28,888 nucleotides of DNA from Armatimonadota bacterium (GTDB lineage: Bacteria > Armatimonadota > Zipacnadia > Zipacnadales > UBA5352), in the NCBI GenBank assembly GCA_034722055.1, contig JAYENL010000208.1, forward strand, positions 1 to 28,888, in the 5' to 3' direction. Within the stretch, counting starts at the first letter, position 1. Each line of letters starts with the position of its first letter. A program made the position numbers and the translations under genes. Shown piece by piece: positions 17,155-25,158 of the stretch. Under the pieces are notes generated by a model that was not told where the DNA came from, did not search any database, and worked only from the letters and a program-made list of their open reading frames with translations.

Positions 17155-17584
17155 AGGTCTGCTTGCTCGAACGCCACCTTCTGCCGCTCAGATCGCGGAG
17201 ACGGCGAGTATGGTCGAGCGTGATCTTGTGGCTCACGAAGCTCAGGGACTTCCGACCGACTGGCGCTTCGCCATCGCCTATAGCGCGGCACTGAAGCTCG
17301 CGACGGTGGTGGTGAGAGCCGAGGGTTACCGAACAGTGGGCGGTGGGCACCACTTCGTGACGTTCGCCGCCTTCGGCGCGATCATGGGCACAGCCGAACA
17401 GGGCCGCGTCCAGTACCTCCAGTCGTGCCGCGTGAAGCGCAACCGGGCGGCGTACGACCGCGCAGGCGAGGTGACTGAGGCTGACGTGGAGGATCTCGTC
17501 TCCGAAGCACACGCGCTCAAGGAGCTCGTGATCGCCTGGCTGCGCCAGCATCATCCGGCGTTGCTCCCGGGGGTGTGGACGTGA
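17129..17584 (+). CDS. HEPN-domain protein, putative toxin partner of the MNT
   Basis: Overlaps the 3' end of the MNT gene. Helical protein with 'AYSAAL..A...V..EGYR....GHH' and 'RVKRNRAAYD'. Confidence 0.78.
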   Translation: MRLEALEAEGLLARTPPSAAQIAETASMVERDLVAHEAQGLPTDWRFAIAYSAALKLATVVVRAEGYRTVGGGHHFVTFAAFGAIMGTAEQGRVQYLQSCRVKRNRAAYDRAGEVTEADVEDLVSEAHALKELVIAWLRQHHPALLPGVWT

Positions 17585-17603
17585 AGCGCAGGTCACGCAG
17601 AGC

Positions 17604-19586
17604 TCACTGTCGCACCGCACTCCACGCCTCTCGCACGCGGCGGGACAGGGCGCTGACGCCGCCGGCTGCAAGCTCCTCCGCGTCGGCAAGTTGCCTGACC
17701 TCGTCCCAGAGCGAACCGACCCGGGCGTCGTTCTCGTCCGACAGCTCGCCGCCATCGCGGGCGCCGCGCAGCGCCAGCAGCAGGCGCGCCACCTGATTCC
17801 CCTCGCGGAGTGCCTCCCAGCGGATAGAGGGGACCACGATCTCGCCGGTGGGATTGAGCCGCCGATTGCGCTCGTGGTCCTCGGCCCCGTCGTAGATGAA
17901 GCTGTAGTCCAGCCGGACCGCACCCTCGCCGTCCCAGTCATGCCAGGTGCCGGCCCGCGCCACGTTATAGGCCCAGTGCCCCACTCCGGTCATGCCCCTG
18001 GCGAGCATCACCACCGGAAAGGCGTAGTTGTACCGCAGCAGATCGTCCGACTTCCCGGACGCCACGTGGTAGCTGAGCAGCTCCATGCCGGCCGCCTGCC
18101 TCTCGCGCAGCAGCGGGCCGATTTCCTCGCGCCAGGCCTCCAGCGGGTTGTACTCCGGCGGCGCGTTGCGGGTAAGCTGCTCCGGCCACTGCTCCGGCCA
18201 GCGCGACGCCACCACCGCGATGTCCGTCACCGGCGCCATGAGCTCGACGTCAGCGGGGAAGGCGTAGTAGGTCAGCGTCTGCAGGATGGCGAGCTGGGGC
18301 AGGTGCTCCTTGATCTGCCGCATGGTCTCGACGACCTCACGGACGTGCTCGTCGGGCGCCACGTCGAAATGCGCGGAGTGCAGCTCATCGGCCACCAGGA
18401 TGCAGAAGCGCTCCGGCCGGTGGCCTCGCTCCGCGGAGTGCGCCAGCCACGTGCGCAGCAGGTCGATGAAGGCCTGCCGCCATCCGGGAGTGTGCATCGC
18501 CAACACCGTGCCGTCCTCAAGCTCGATCTCCCCGTGCCAGAAGATCATCATGCGGCCGATGTGCTGCAGGTATGCATCGGCGCGGGCATCGTGGCGGGCG
18601 AAGTCGGCCTCGATCACCTGGCCCTGCGCGCTCCAGCGGGCGGCAGGCATGGACGGGAACTCCATGATGGTCGTGCCGTGCTCGCCCATATCCACAGCCG
18701 CCAGCTCCGGCGAGTGTCCGCAGACGTTGAGCCCCGGGTATGCGAAGGCCACGTAGCCGAGGCCGGCGTCCTCCGGGGGCCTCGCCGGGAGGACCTCCAG
18801 CCTCAGCGACAGGCGCTGTTCCGAGTCGCCGGCCCGCACGATGATGGGGGCATCTGCTGAGCCGGCGCTCTCCCCCACCTCCACCGCCAGATGCAGGCGC
18901 ACACACGCGCCCGACGGCACCTGCACCCGCCACGCGCCTCCCTCCCGCGGCAGTCGCGGCAGGGGATCGTAGATGCCGGTATTCTCGCGGTTGTACCAGG
19001 TCTCCAGGTAGACGTGCCGCCGCAGCATCAGGTCGAAGTCGCCCTCCGGCAGGCCCTCCACGACCACGCTGCAGGCCAGCGTCTGGTCGGAGGCGTTGCT
19101 GAGAGTGAAGGCGCCCGCGGCGCTCTCCTCCTGCAGGGACACGATCTCCCACTCCCGCACGGGCTCGGCGGGCGGGACATACGTGGGCTTGTGCCGGGTC
19201 CAGGGATCCACGAAGGTCGCCAGGAGATCGGCGTCGCCCTGGATGGCGCGATTGATGGTCACATGCGGCTGGCGGAGGCCCGCGGCCTCCAGCAGGTCCT
19301 CGCGCATGCCGGGGTCCGGCAGCGGGTGCCAGCCCTCCAGCAGCGAGAGGTCAGCCTGCGCGGCCCGCTCGATGCGGTCGGCTGCCTCGTCCGCGAGCGC
19401 CTGCAGCCCATCCGTCTCGCCGACGATCTCCATGGCGCGCTCGGCGCGCTGCTGGATGTACCCCCACTCCCGGGCCAGGCGGTTGAGGTCCGCCTGCTGC
19501 TTCTCGGTCGGCTCCTGCTGTCCGGCCCCAGGGCCGATGCTGACCAGCAGCATGGCCGCGCAGCTCACGATGACACTCAGTCGCAT
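17604..19586 (-). CDS. Exported hypothetical protein with DUF4091-like C-terminus (possible glycoside hydrolase)
   Basis: Signal peptide MRLSVIVSCAAMLLVSIGPGAG after GGAGG. 'ADE', 'GVGHWAY', and 'VPSIRWEALREG' resemble DUF4091/GH123-like proteins. Confidence 0.6.
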   Translation of the reverse strand: MRLSVIVSCAAMLLVSIGPGAGQQEPTEKQQADLNRLAREWGYIQQRAERAMEIVGETDGLQALADEAADRIERAAQADLSLLEGWHPLPDPGMREDLLEAAGLRQPHVTINRAIQGDADLLATFVDPWTRHKPTYVPPAEPVREWEIVSLQEESAAGAFTLSNASDQTLACSVVVEGLPEGDFDLMLRRHVYLETWYNRENTGIYDPLPRLPREGGAWRVQVPSGACVRLHLAVEVGESAGSADAPIIVRAGDSEQRLSLRLEVLPARPPEDAGLGYVAFAYPGLNVCGHSPELAAVDMGEHGTTIMEFPSMPAARWSAQGQVIEADFARHDARADAYLQHIGRMMIFWHGEIELEDGTVLAMHTPGWRQAFIDLLRTWLAHSAERGHRPERFCILVADELHSAHFDVAPDEHVREVVETMRQIKEHLPQLAILQTLTYYAFPADVELMAPVTDIAVVASRWPEQWPEQLTRNAPPEYNPLEAWREEIGPLLRERQAAGMELLSYHVASGKSDDLLRYNYAFPVVMLARGMTGVGHWAYNVARAGTWHDWDGEGAVRLDYSFIYDGAEDHERNRRLNPTGEIVVPSIRWEALREGNQVARLLLALRGARDGGELSDENDARVGSLWDEVRQLADAEELAAGGVSALSRRVREAWSAVRQ

Positions 19587-19714
19587 GATCTGATCCTCCA
19601 TCCCGAATGCTATCAGCGCCGCCAGCGCTTGTGCCAGCTCCCGACACCTCAGAGCTCCGACGGGCCTTACGGCGAGCGTAGGGTGGTGCGAGCGCCCCAG
19701 CGCGCTGCCCCGGG

Positions 19715-21046
19715 TCACCAGTAGCCGTGCCGCTCGCCCCACTCGATCCAGTCCTTCCCGAGGGTGAGGCCGTGCGCGACGAGCGGGTCCTGGTCGAGGC
19801 CGTTGCGATCCATCATCCACCGAACCCAGGCCTCCAGGCGCACGTCCAGCTCCGAGGCGACGGCCGGGCGCTTGGGTGCAACGTTGCTGAACTCGCCGGG
19901 ATCGGCCCGCAGGTCGTACAGCTCCGTCATCGGGTTCTCATAGATGTCGCGCTCGCGGGCCTTGATGTACTTCCACCCGTCGGTGCGCATCGCCCACTTC
20001 ATCTGCCAGGTGCACTCCTGCGTGACCAGGAACTCGTGCAGGACGCGATCCGAGCCCTCAGTCAGCAGGTCGAGGAAGCTGTCGCCCTCCATGGCGTCGG
20101 GCACCGGCGCCCCAGCGGCCTCCAGCATCGTGGGCGCCAGGTCGGTGTGCAGGAGGAGCTGATCCACCTCGGTTCCCGGCTCGATGCGACCGGGCCAGCG
20201 GACGATCAGCGGCACGTGGATGTTGGGATCGTAGAGGCCGTGGTGATCGAAGAAGATACCGTGGCGGAACATCAGCTCCCCGTGATCGGAGAAGACGATG
20301 ACCATGGTGTCCTCAGCCAGGCCGGCGTCCTCCAGCGCGTCCATCAGTTGCGCGAAGCCGTCGTCCACGTGGCGGATCTCGGCGTCGTAGAGGCCCTCGA
20401 TGAACAGCGCATCGGTGAGGCCCTCCGGCAGGCGGCTGAACCACTTCTCCTTCCAGCGTGAGCCCCAGTAGCCCTCCAGCAGCGGCTGCAGCGAGGTATT
20501 ATCGGGGTCGGTGGGGTCCTCGCCCTCGTAGAAGTCGTACCACATGTCCTCGGGCGGCAGGTAGGGCGTGTGGGGGTCCCAGTAGTGAACGAAGGCAAAG
20601 AACGGCTGCTCGGAGCCCTGCTCCTGCAGCCAGGGAATGGCGAGCTGGTTGTAGTCTCGCCAGTCGGACCACTGGATGTACTTCTGGCTGCGCGCGGGAT
20701 TGAACTGATGCGTCCAGCCGCGCGAGAACCAGCCCTTCATGCTCGGGAGGTTGTCGAAGCCCACGGTCACATAACCGCTGCGCTGCAGGATCTCCGTCAG
20801 GTAGGGAGCGCTGGAGGGCAGCTCATTATGCCCGCCGTGGGCGACGATGCCGGTGGTGGTGGAGTACTGGCCGGTGAAGGTGGTGGTGAAGTTCGGCTGC
20901 GTCGGGACGGTCGGGCAGTAGAGCTGCCGGCACAGCGCGCCCTGGCCCGCGAGCTCGTCGAGGCTGGGCGTGGTCGGCTTGTGATAGCCGTAGCAGCTCA
21001 TGTGGCGGGCGCTGAGCGTGTCGATGGCGATCAGCAGGATGTTCAT
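19715..21046 (-). CDS. Sulfatase-like (alkaline phosphatase superfamily) hydrolase with non-canonical active-site motif
   Basis: 'NILLIAIDTL...SCYGY...TTPSLD', 'PFFAFVHYWDPHTPY', 'YDAEI..VD', 'FSDHGE', 'HVPLIVRWP', 'ELYDL.ADPGE..N'. SD GGAGG before ATG 21046. Confidence 0.9.
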   Translation of the reverse strand: MNILLIAIDTLSARHMSCYGYHKPTTPSLDELAGQGALCRQLYCPTVPTQPNFTTTFTGQYSTTTGIVAHGGHNELPSSAPYLTEILQRSGYVTVGFDNLPSMKGWFSRGWTHQFNPARSQKYIQWSDWRDYNQLAIPWLQEQGSEQPFFAFVHYWDPHTPYLPPEDMWYDFYEGEDPTDPDNTSLQPLLEGYWGSRWKEKWFSRLPEGLTDALFIEGLYDAEIRHVDDGFAQLMDALEDAGLAEDTMVIVFSDHGELMFRHGIFFDHHGLYDPNIHVPLIVRWPGRIEPGTEVDQLLLHTDLAPTMLEAAGAPVPDAMEGDSFLDLLTEGSDRVLHEFLVTQECTWQMKWAMRTDGWKYIKARERDIYENPMTELYDLRADPGEFSNVAPKRPAVASELDVRLEAWVRWMMDRNGLDQDPLVAHGLTLGKDWIEWGERHGYW

Positions 21047-21308
21047 GGACAGACCTCCACTGGTTCCGGCGAGTGCTCCGGGAGGGAACGATGCTGTGCC
21101 TCGTTCCCCGAGCCGCACCGGGTGCTGGGCTCGAAGGTAAAGATTGACGCATGCCGCCCCGAAGACCTGCTTTGAACGTGGGGAGAGACGCGCGAGCGCC
21201 TCCGGACGCCATCCCAGGCTCGTTCGCCGTTCCGTGGCACGGACACTGGAGACCTCTGGTCTCGGTCCGCGCGCCGTTTGGGTCGTGGGAACGCCGAACG
21301 ACAACGAC

Positions 21309-21342
21309 CGGGCTGGGACGGAGACCAGCCCCTCCAAACGGC
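21309..21342 (-). repeat. REP-like palindromic repeat, family C, copy 2
   Basis: Reverse complement GCCGTTTGGAGGGGCTGGTCTCCGTCCCAGCCCG matches 4729-4762 at 29/34 positions. Confidence 0.7.
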
Positions 21343-21441
21343 ACGGCAATCGCCCCGTGAGTGCTGGGCGCGGGGAAGCGCGCACGCGCGCTCGCCCGTT
21401 CCACCGACACTGCGGATTCGCAGCCGCCAGCTTGCGTCTCC

Positions 21442-21471
21442 TTGACACCTGTTGGGAGGCGGCGGTACAAT
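21442..21471 (+). promoter_or_regulatory. Near-consensus sigma70 promoter
   Basis: TTGACA (21442-21447), 18 nt, TACAAT (21466-21471), at the head of the plus-strand gene run. Confidence 0.75.
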
Positions 21472-21515
21472 TCATGTTCGAAGTAGGCTCCAGACGCGTC
21501 TGGAGGCAGAATGTC

Positions 21516-21635
21516 GTGACGTGCCCGAAGTGCCGGGTGCCCATGAAGGAGCAGAAGGGCGTCTTTCACGGAAAGCGCAAGTTCAAGTGCCCCAAGTGTG
21601 GCAAGGTGCGCATGAAGCGGCACCGCCGGCGATGA
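21516..21635 (+). CDS. 39-aa basic zinc-ribbon microprotein
   Basis: GTG start 9 nt after GGAGG. Sequence MTCPKCRVPMKEQKGVFHGKRKFKCPKCGKVRMKRHRRR has two CPKC knuckles and GC3-rich codons. Confidence 0.7.
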   Translation: MTCPKCRVPMKEQKGVFHGKRKFKCPKCGKVRMKRHRRR

Positions 21636-21699
21636 ATCCGGCGCAGGGGATGCCGACCGGTTCCCGCCGCTTCGGTGAGATGCAGGCAAGCTCAGAGCC

Positions 21700-21957
21700 A
21701 TGAGTGCGGATGACCTGAGGCCCGAGGCCCCCGCTCCGACGCGAGGCGGATGGCTGCGAGCGGTGCTGATGATGGCGCTGCCGCTGGCGATCGTGTGGTG
21801 GCTGGCGTTTTCCATCACGGGCATCCTGTGGTGGAGCGCGTCTGAAGAGGATGTCCCGCAGGTGCCGCCGCCGGAGCCTGCCCACCTCGCGGAGGTCGAG
21901 GCTGACAGCATCGACCTGGAGGCCTACGCGCGGGCACACTCCTCCTGGGTGCCGTAA
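21700..21957 (+). CDS. Small single-pass membrane protein (85 aa)
   Basis: Hydrophobic Trp-rich segment 'WLRAVLMMALPLAIVWWLAFSITGILWW' followed by an acidic/Pro tail. It fills the gap before trmFO. Confidence 0.55.
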   Translation: MSADDLRPEAPAPTRGGWLRAVLMMALPLAIVWWLAFSITGILWWSASEEDVPQVPPPEPAHLAEVEADSIDLEAYARAHSSWVP

Positions 21958-21968
21958 CACCGCAGCAG

Positions 21969-23279
21969 ATGGGCGGATCGCAGCAGATGAGCCAGCAGCG
22001 GATCAGCGTCATCGGCGGTGGGCCCTCCGGATGCGCGGCCGCGCTGGCGGCAGCCGGCCGCGACGTGTCAGTCACCCTCCACGAGCAGCGCCCCGAGTTC
22101 GCCACCCCCCTTCATGCCTCCGCCCTTCTCGGCGAGCTCGTCGGCAGGCCGGACCTGGGCGCGACCCGTCCGGACCGAGCCACCGGGCTGCTCAAGGACG
22201 AGCTCCGCGCGCTCTGCCCGGCGCTGCTTGAGTGTGCCGATGAGGTCGCCACCGGCCAGGAGAGCCTCAGCGTCGATCGCGACGGGTTCGCTGACTCGGT
22301 GACCGAGCGCGTAACGGCCCATGACCTGATCCAGGTGGCCCGCCAGGAGGTGCCGGCGCTGCCCGATGGCGTGGTGGTCATAGCCACCGGCCCCGCTACG
22401 AGGTCGCCGCTGGCGCGCGCGATACACGCCGCCAGCGGCACGCTGTTCCGTTTCGGATACATCGGCCGGCCGCCCATGATCGAGGGCCTGGATGAGTCCG
22501 CAGGCACCTGGGCGGCCCCCTACCCAGGAGCGGATCCGGTGCTGTTCATCCCGCTCACCGAGGTGCAGGCGGAGGAGATCGCGCGTCTCGTCGCCTCCGC
22601 AGAGCGCCACACACCGCCGGAGCTGGCGGACGATACCATCCTCGCCGATGAGGAGGACCCGGTGGAGCGCATGGCCGGGGCTCCCGGGGAGCTGATCGCC
22701 CGCGCGCTGCGGGGGCCACGGGGCGGTGAGGAGACCGGCCCTGAGCCGGCCGTTAGTCTGCTGCCCGACGATCGGGAGCACTCGGCCTGGCACGTTGTTC
22801 ACTTTGTGACGGCGCTCGCGTCCGAGGCCCAGCGGGAGGCGCTGGCGGCGGTTCCTGCGCTTGCAGAGGTGACGATCGCGCGGGAGGGGCTGGTGTATCG
22901 CCTGCCGTGGCTGCCGGGCCAGGAGGCGCTGCTGCCCACGCTGCAGCTTCGGCAGACGCCGCGGGCCGTGGCGTGCGGTACGCTCGTGGGCGTGGCGGGA
23001 TACCCGGAGGCGCTGGCCACGGGGGCCGTGGCGGGCCTGACTGCGGCCTCTCTGGCGCGAGGCGAGGAGCCGGGTGTGCCGCCGGCCGACTGCCTGACCG
23101 GCGCGCTGCTGCGAGAGCTCGCGCACGTGCCCACCGAGGATGGCCGGATGCTGCAGGCGAACTTCGGGATGCTCCCCGAGCACCCGGAGGATGAGGGAAA
23201 GTCCAAATACGAGCGGCGCGAGCGGCAGATCGAGGCGGCCATGGCGGGGATTCGCAGCTTCGCGGAGGCGGAGGGCTGA
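21969..23279 (+). CDS. trmFO: TrmFO/Gid-like FAD-binding protein, divergent
   Basis: 'ISVIGGGPSG', 'LHEQRP', 'TPLH', 'GLLKDELRAL', 'LSVDRDGF...VT', 'VIATGP', 'GV.GY.E', 'ANFGMLP'. Position upstream of xerC-hslV-hslU is typical. Start may be ATG 21987. Confidence 0.8.
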   Translation: MGGSQQMSQQRISVIGGGPSGCAAALAAAGRDVSVTLHEQRPEFATPLHASALLGELVGRPDLGATRPDRATGLLKDELRALCPALLECADEVATGQESLSVDRDGFADSVTERVTAHDLIQVARQEVPALPDGVVVIATGPATRSPLARAIHAASGTLFRFGYIGRPPMIEGLDESAGTWAAPYPGADPVLFIPLTEVQAEEIARLVASAERHTPPELADDTILADEEDPVERMAGAPGELIARALRGPRGGEETGPEPAVSLLPDDREHSAWHVVHFVTALASEAQREALAAVPALAEVTIAREGLVYRLPWLPGQEALLPTLQLRQTPRAVACGTLVGVAGYPEALATGAVAGLTAASLARGEEPGVPPADCLTGALLRELAHVPTEDGRMLQANFGMLPEHPEDEGKSKYERRERQIEAAMAGIRSFAEAEG

Positions 23280-23291
23280 GCTGAAGCGGAC

Positions 23292-23359
23292 GTGCGGCAG
23301 GCATCGTGCCTACCAATGCGCGTGATCAGACCATCGCAGGCTGGAAGCCTGCGCCACGG
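23292..23359. repeat. Inverted REP-like doublet (family B)
   Basis: CGCAGGCTGGAAGCCTGCGCCACGG at 23335-23359 is 24/25 identical to 28640-28664. A degenerate opposite-orientation copy GTGCGGCAGGCATCGTGCCTACC starts at 23292. Confidence 0.7.
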
Positions 23360-23528
23360 ATAGCTCGATTCTTGGCACAAGCGTCCTGAGCTGCCAATGC
23401 GCGCATTCGGCGGGCATCGCGGATTCGCACCCGGTCGCCTTCAGGCCTTCCGTCCGCCGGCGCCATGAGGTATCATGGGGGCAGACCGGCCGCATTGCAG
23501 CAGCACATCGCACCAGGGGTCGAGGACC

Positions 23529-24503
23529 ATGCACGCCGGATGGCAGGACGGCTTTCTGCGCTACCTCACCGACGTCCGACAGCTCGCGCCGGCCACGGCG
23601 GAGGCCTACTCCGCGGACGTCATCCAGTTCGTGGACTTCCTGTCCGCCCAGTGGGGGGAGGAGCGGGCCTATGACTGGGGTTCGGTCGATTACCGGACCA
23701 TCCGCCGCTTCCTGGCCGATCTGGCGCGCAGGCGCTACGCGAAGTCAACCATGGCCCGCAAGCTGGCCGCGCTGCGGTCATTCTTCCGCTACCTGCTGCA
23801 GGAGGACGCGGTCTCGCAGAACCCGGCCGCCATTGCTCCCACACCCAAGCAGGACTCGCACCTGCCCGAGCACCTCTACCAGGACGAGGTCGGGCAGCTC
23901 CTGGAGGCCCCGGACGAGACGACGCCGGTGGGCCAGCGCGACAGGGCGATCCTGGAGGTTCTCTACGCCACCGGTGTGCGGGTCAGCGAGCTGGTGGCAA
24001 TGGACCGCGATGACCTGGACCTCTCCCATCAGCAGGTGCGGGTCATCGGGAAGGGCAACCGCGAGCGCATCGTGCTCATGGGCGACCGCGCCGCGAGGAC
24101 GCTGCGCCGCTATATCACCGGCGGGCGCAGGGAGCTGTTGCGGAAGACGGGGGCGCAGGACGAGGCCGCGGTCTTCCTGAGCAGCCGCGGGGGGCGGCTG
24201 TCCGTGCGGGCGGTGCAGCAGCGCGTGGACAAGTACGTCCTGCAGACGGCCGCCAGCAGTCGCGTCACACCACACGCTTTCCGCCACAGCTTCGCCACGC
24301 ACATGCTTGATGGCGGCGCCGACCTGCGCTCGATCCAGGCGCTGCTGGGGCACAAGTCGCTGAGCACCGTGGGCATCTACACGCACCTGACCACGGAGCG
24401 CATGAAGCAGGTCTACAGCGCTGCCCACCCGCTCGCCGAGGCGCAGGCCACGCAGGAGTCCCCGCCCGGGACGGGAAGGGCCGATTCGAAGGAGGAGAAA
24501 TGA
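23529..24503 (+). CDS. xerC: Tyrosine recombinase XerC
   Basis: N-terminal SAM-like domain and intact catalytic residues: 'YATGVRVSEL' (R), 'GKG' (K), 'HAFRH', 'LGH', 'IYTH' (Y). Synteny with hslVU supports the call. Confidence 0.92.
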   Translation: MHAGWQDGFLRYLTDVRQLAPATAEAYSADVIQFVDFLSAQWGEERAYDWGSVDYRTIRRFLADLARRRYAKSTMARKLAALRSFFRYLLQEDAVSQNPAAIAPTPKQDSHLPEHLYQDEVGQLLEAPDETTPVGQRDRAILEVLYATGVRVSELVAMDRDDLDLSHQQVRVIGKGNRERIVLMGDRAARTLRRYITGGRRELLRKTGAQDEAAVFLSSRGGRLSVRAVQQRVDKYVLQTAASSRVTPHAFRHSFATHMLDGGADLRSIQALLGHKSLSTVGIYTHLTTERMKQVYSAAHPLAEAQATQESPPGTGRADSKEEK

Positions 24504-25036
24504 CACGCGCAACGACAGTAGCCGTCGTCCGCCGGCACGGAAGGACCGCCATGGCGGGCGATGGTCAGGTGAGCATCGAGGACACCATCGTGAAGCGCTC
24601 CGCGCAGAAGGTGCGCACCATGCGCGACGGGCAGGTCATGGCCGGGTACGCCGGCGCGGTCGCCGATGCGCTGACGCTCTTCGAGCGGCTGGAGCAATCT
24701 CTGGACGAGTACAACGGGAATCTGCCGCGGGCCTGCCTGGAGCTGGTGAAGCAGTGGCGCACCGACAAGGTCCTGCGGCAGCTCGAGGCCCTGCTGCTGG
24801 TGGCGGATGAGGATGACATCTTCCTGGTCTCGGGCACCGGGGACCTTATCATCCCCGACGAGGACGTCATGGCCATCGGCTCCGGCGGAGGCTACGCCAC
24901 GGCTGCGGCCAAGGCCCTCCTGCGCCACACCGACATGAGCGCCCGAGAGATCGCGGAGACGGCCCTGCACATCGCGGGTGAGGTCTGCGTCTACACCAAT
25001 GAGGAGGTCACCGTTCACGAGCTGCCGGCGGAGTAG
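24500..25036 (+). CDS. hslV: ATP-dependent protease subunit HslV (ClpQ)
   Basis: 'ATTVAV..AMAGDGQV', 'GAVADALTLFERLE', 'WRTDK.LRQLEA', 'AIGSGG.YA', 'CVYTN'. ATGA overlap with the xerC stop and AAGGAGGAG SD. Confidence 0.97.
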   Translation: MTRATTVAVVRRHGRTAMAGDGQVSIEDTIVKRSAQKVRTMRDGQVMAGYAGAVADALTLFERLEQSLDEYNGNLPRACLELVKQWRTDKVLRQLEALLLVADEDDIFLVSGTGDLIIPDEDVMAIGSGGGYATAAAKALLRHTDMSAREIAETALHIAGEVCVYTNEEVTVHELPAE

Positions 25037-25158
25037 CAGTCTTGAGAGCGCGGACTGGGGCGCGGGCAACCTCCCGAAGGTGAGAACAGCGCCCCTGACA
25101 CGGAACACAGGTGAATTACAAACGAGGCATCATCTCGACGTCACGGTAGGAGATTGCG

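Noticed and set aside
21961..21989. Duplicated CGCAGCAGATG at the trmFO start
   Set aside because: Short 11-bp repeat that only gives two alternative in-frame ATGs; no evidence for a target-site duplication.
23529..24503. Tyrosine recombinase as a prophage or island integrase
   Set aside because: XerC-like size and motifs, translational coupling to hslV, and no att repeats, tRNA or mobile cargo.
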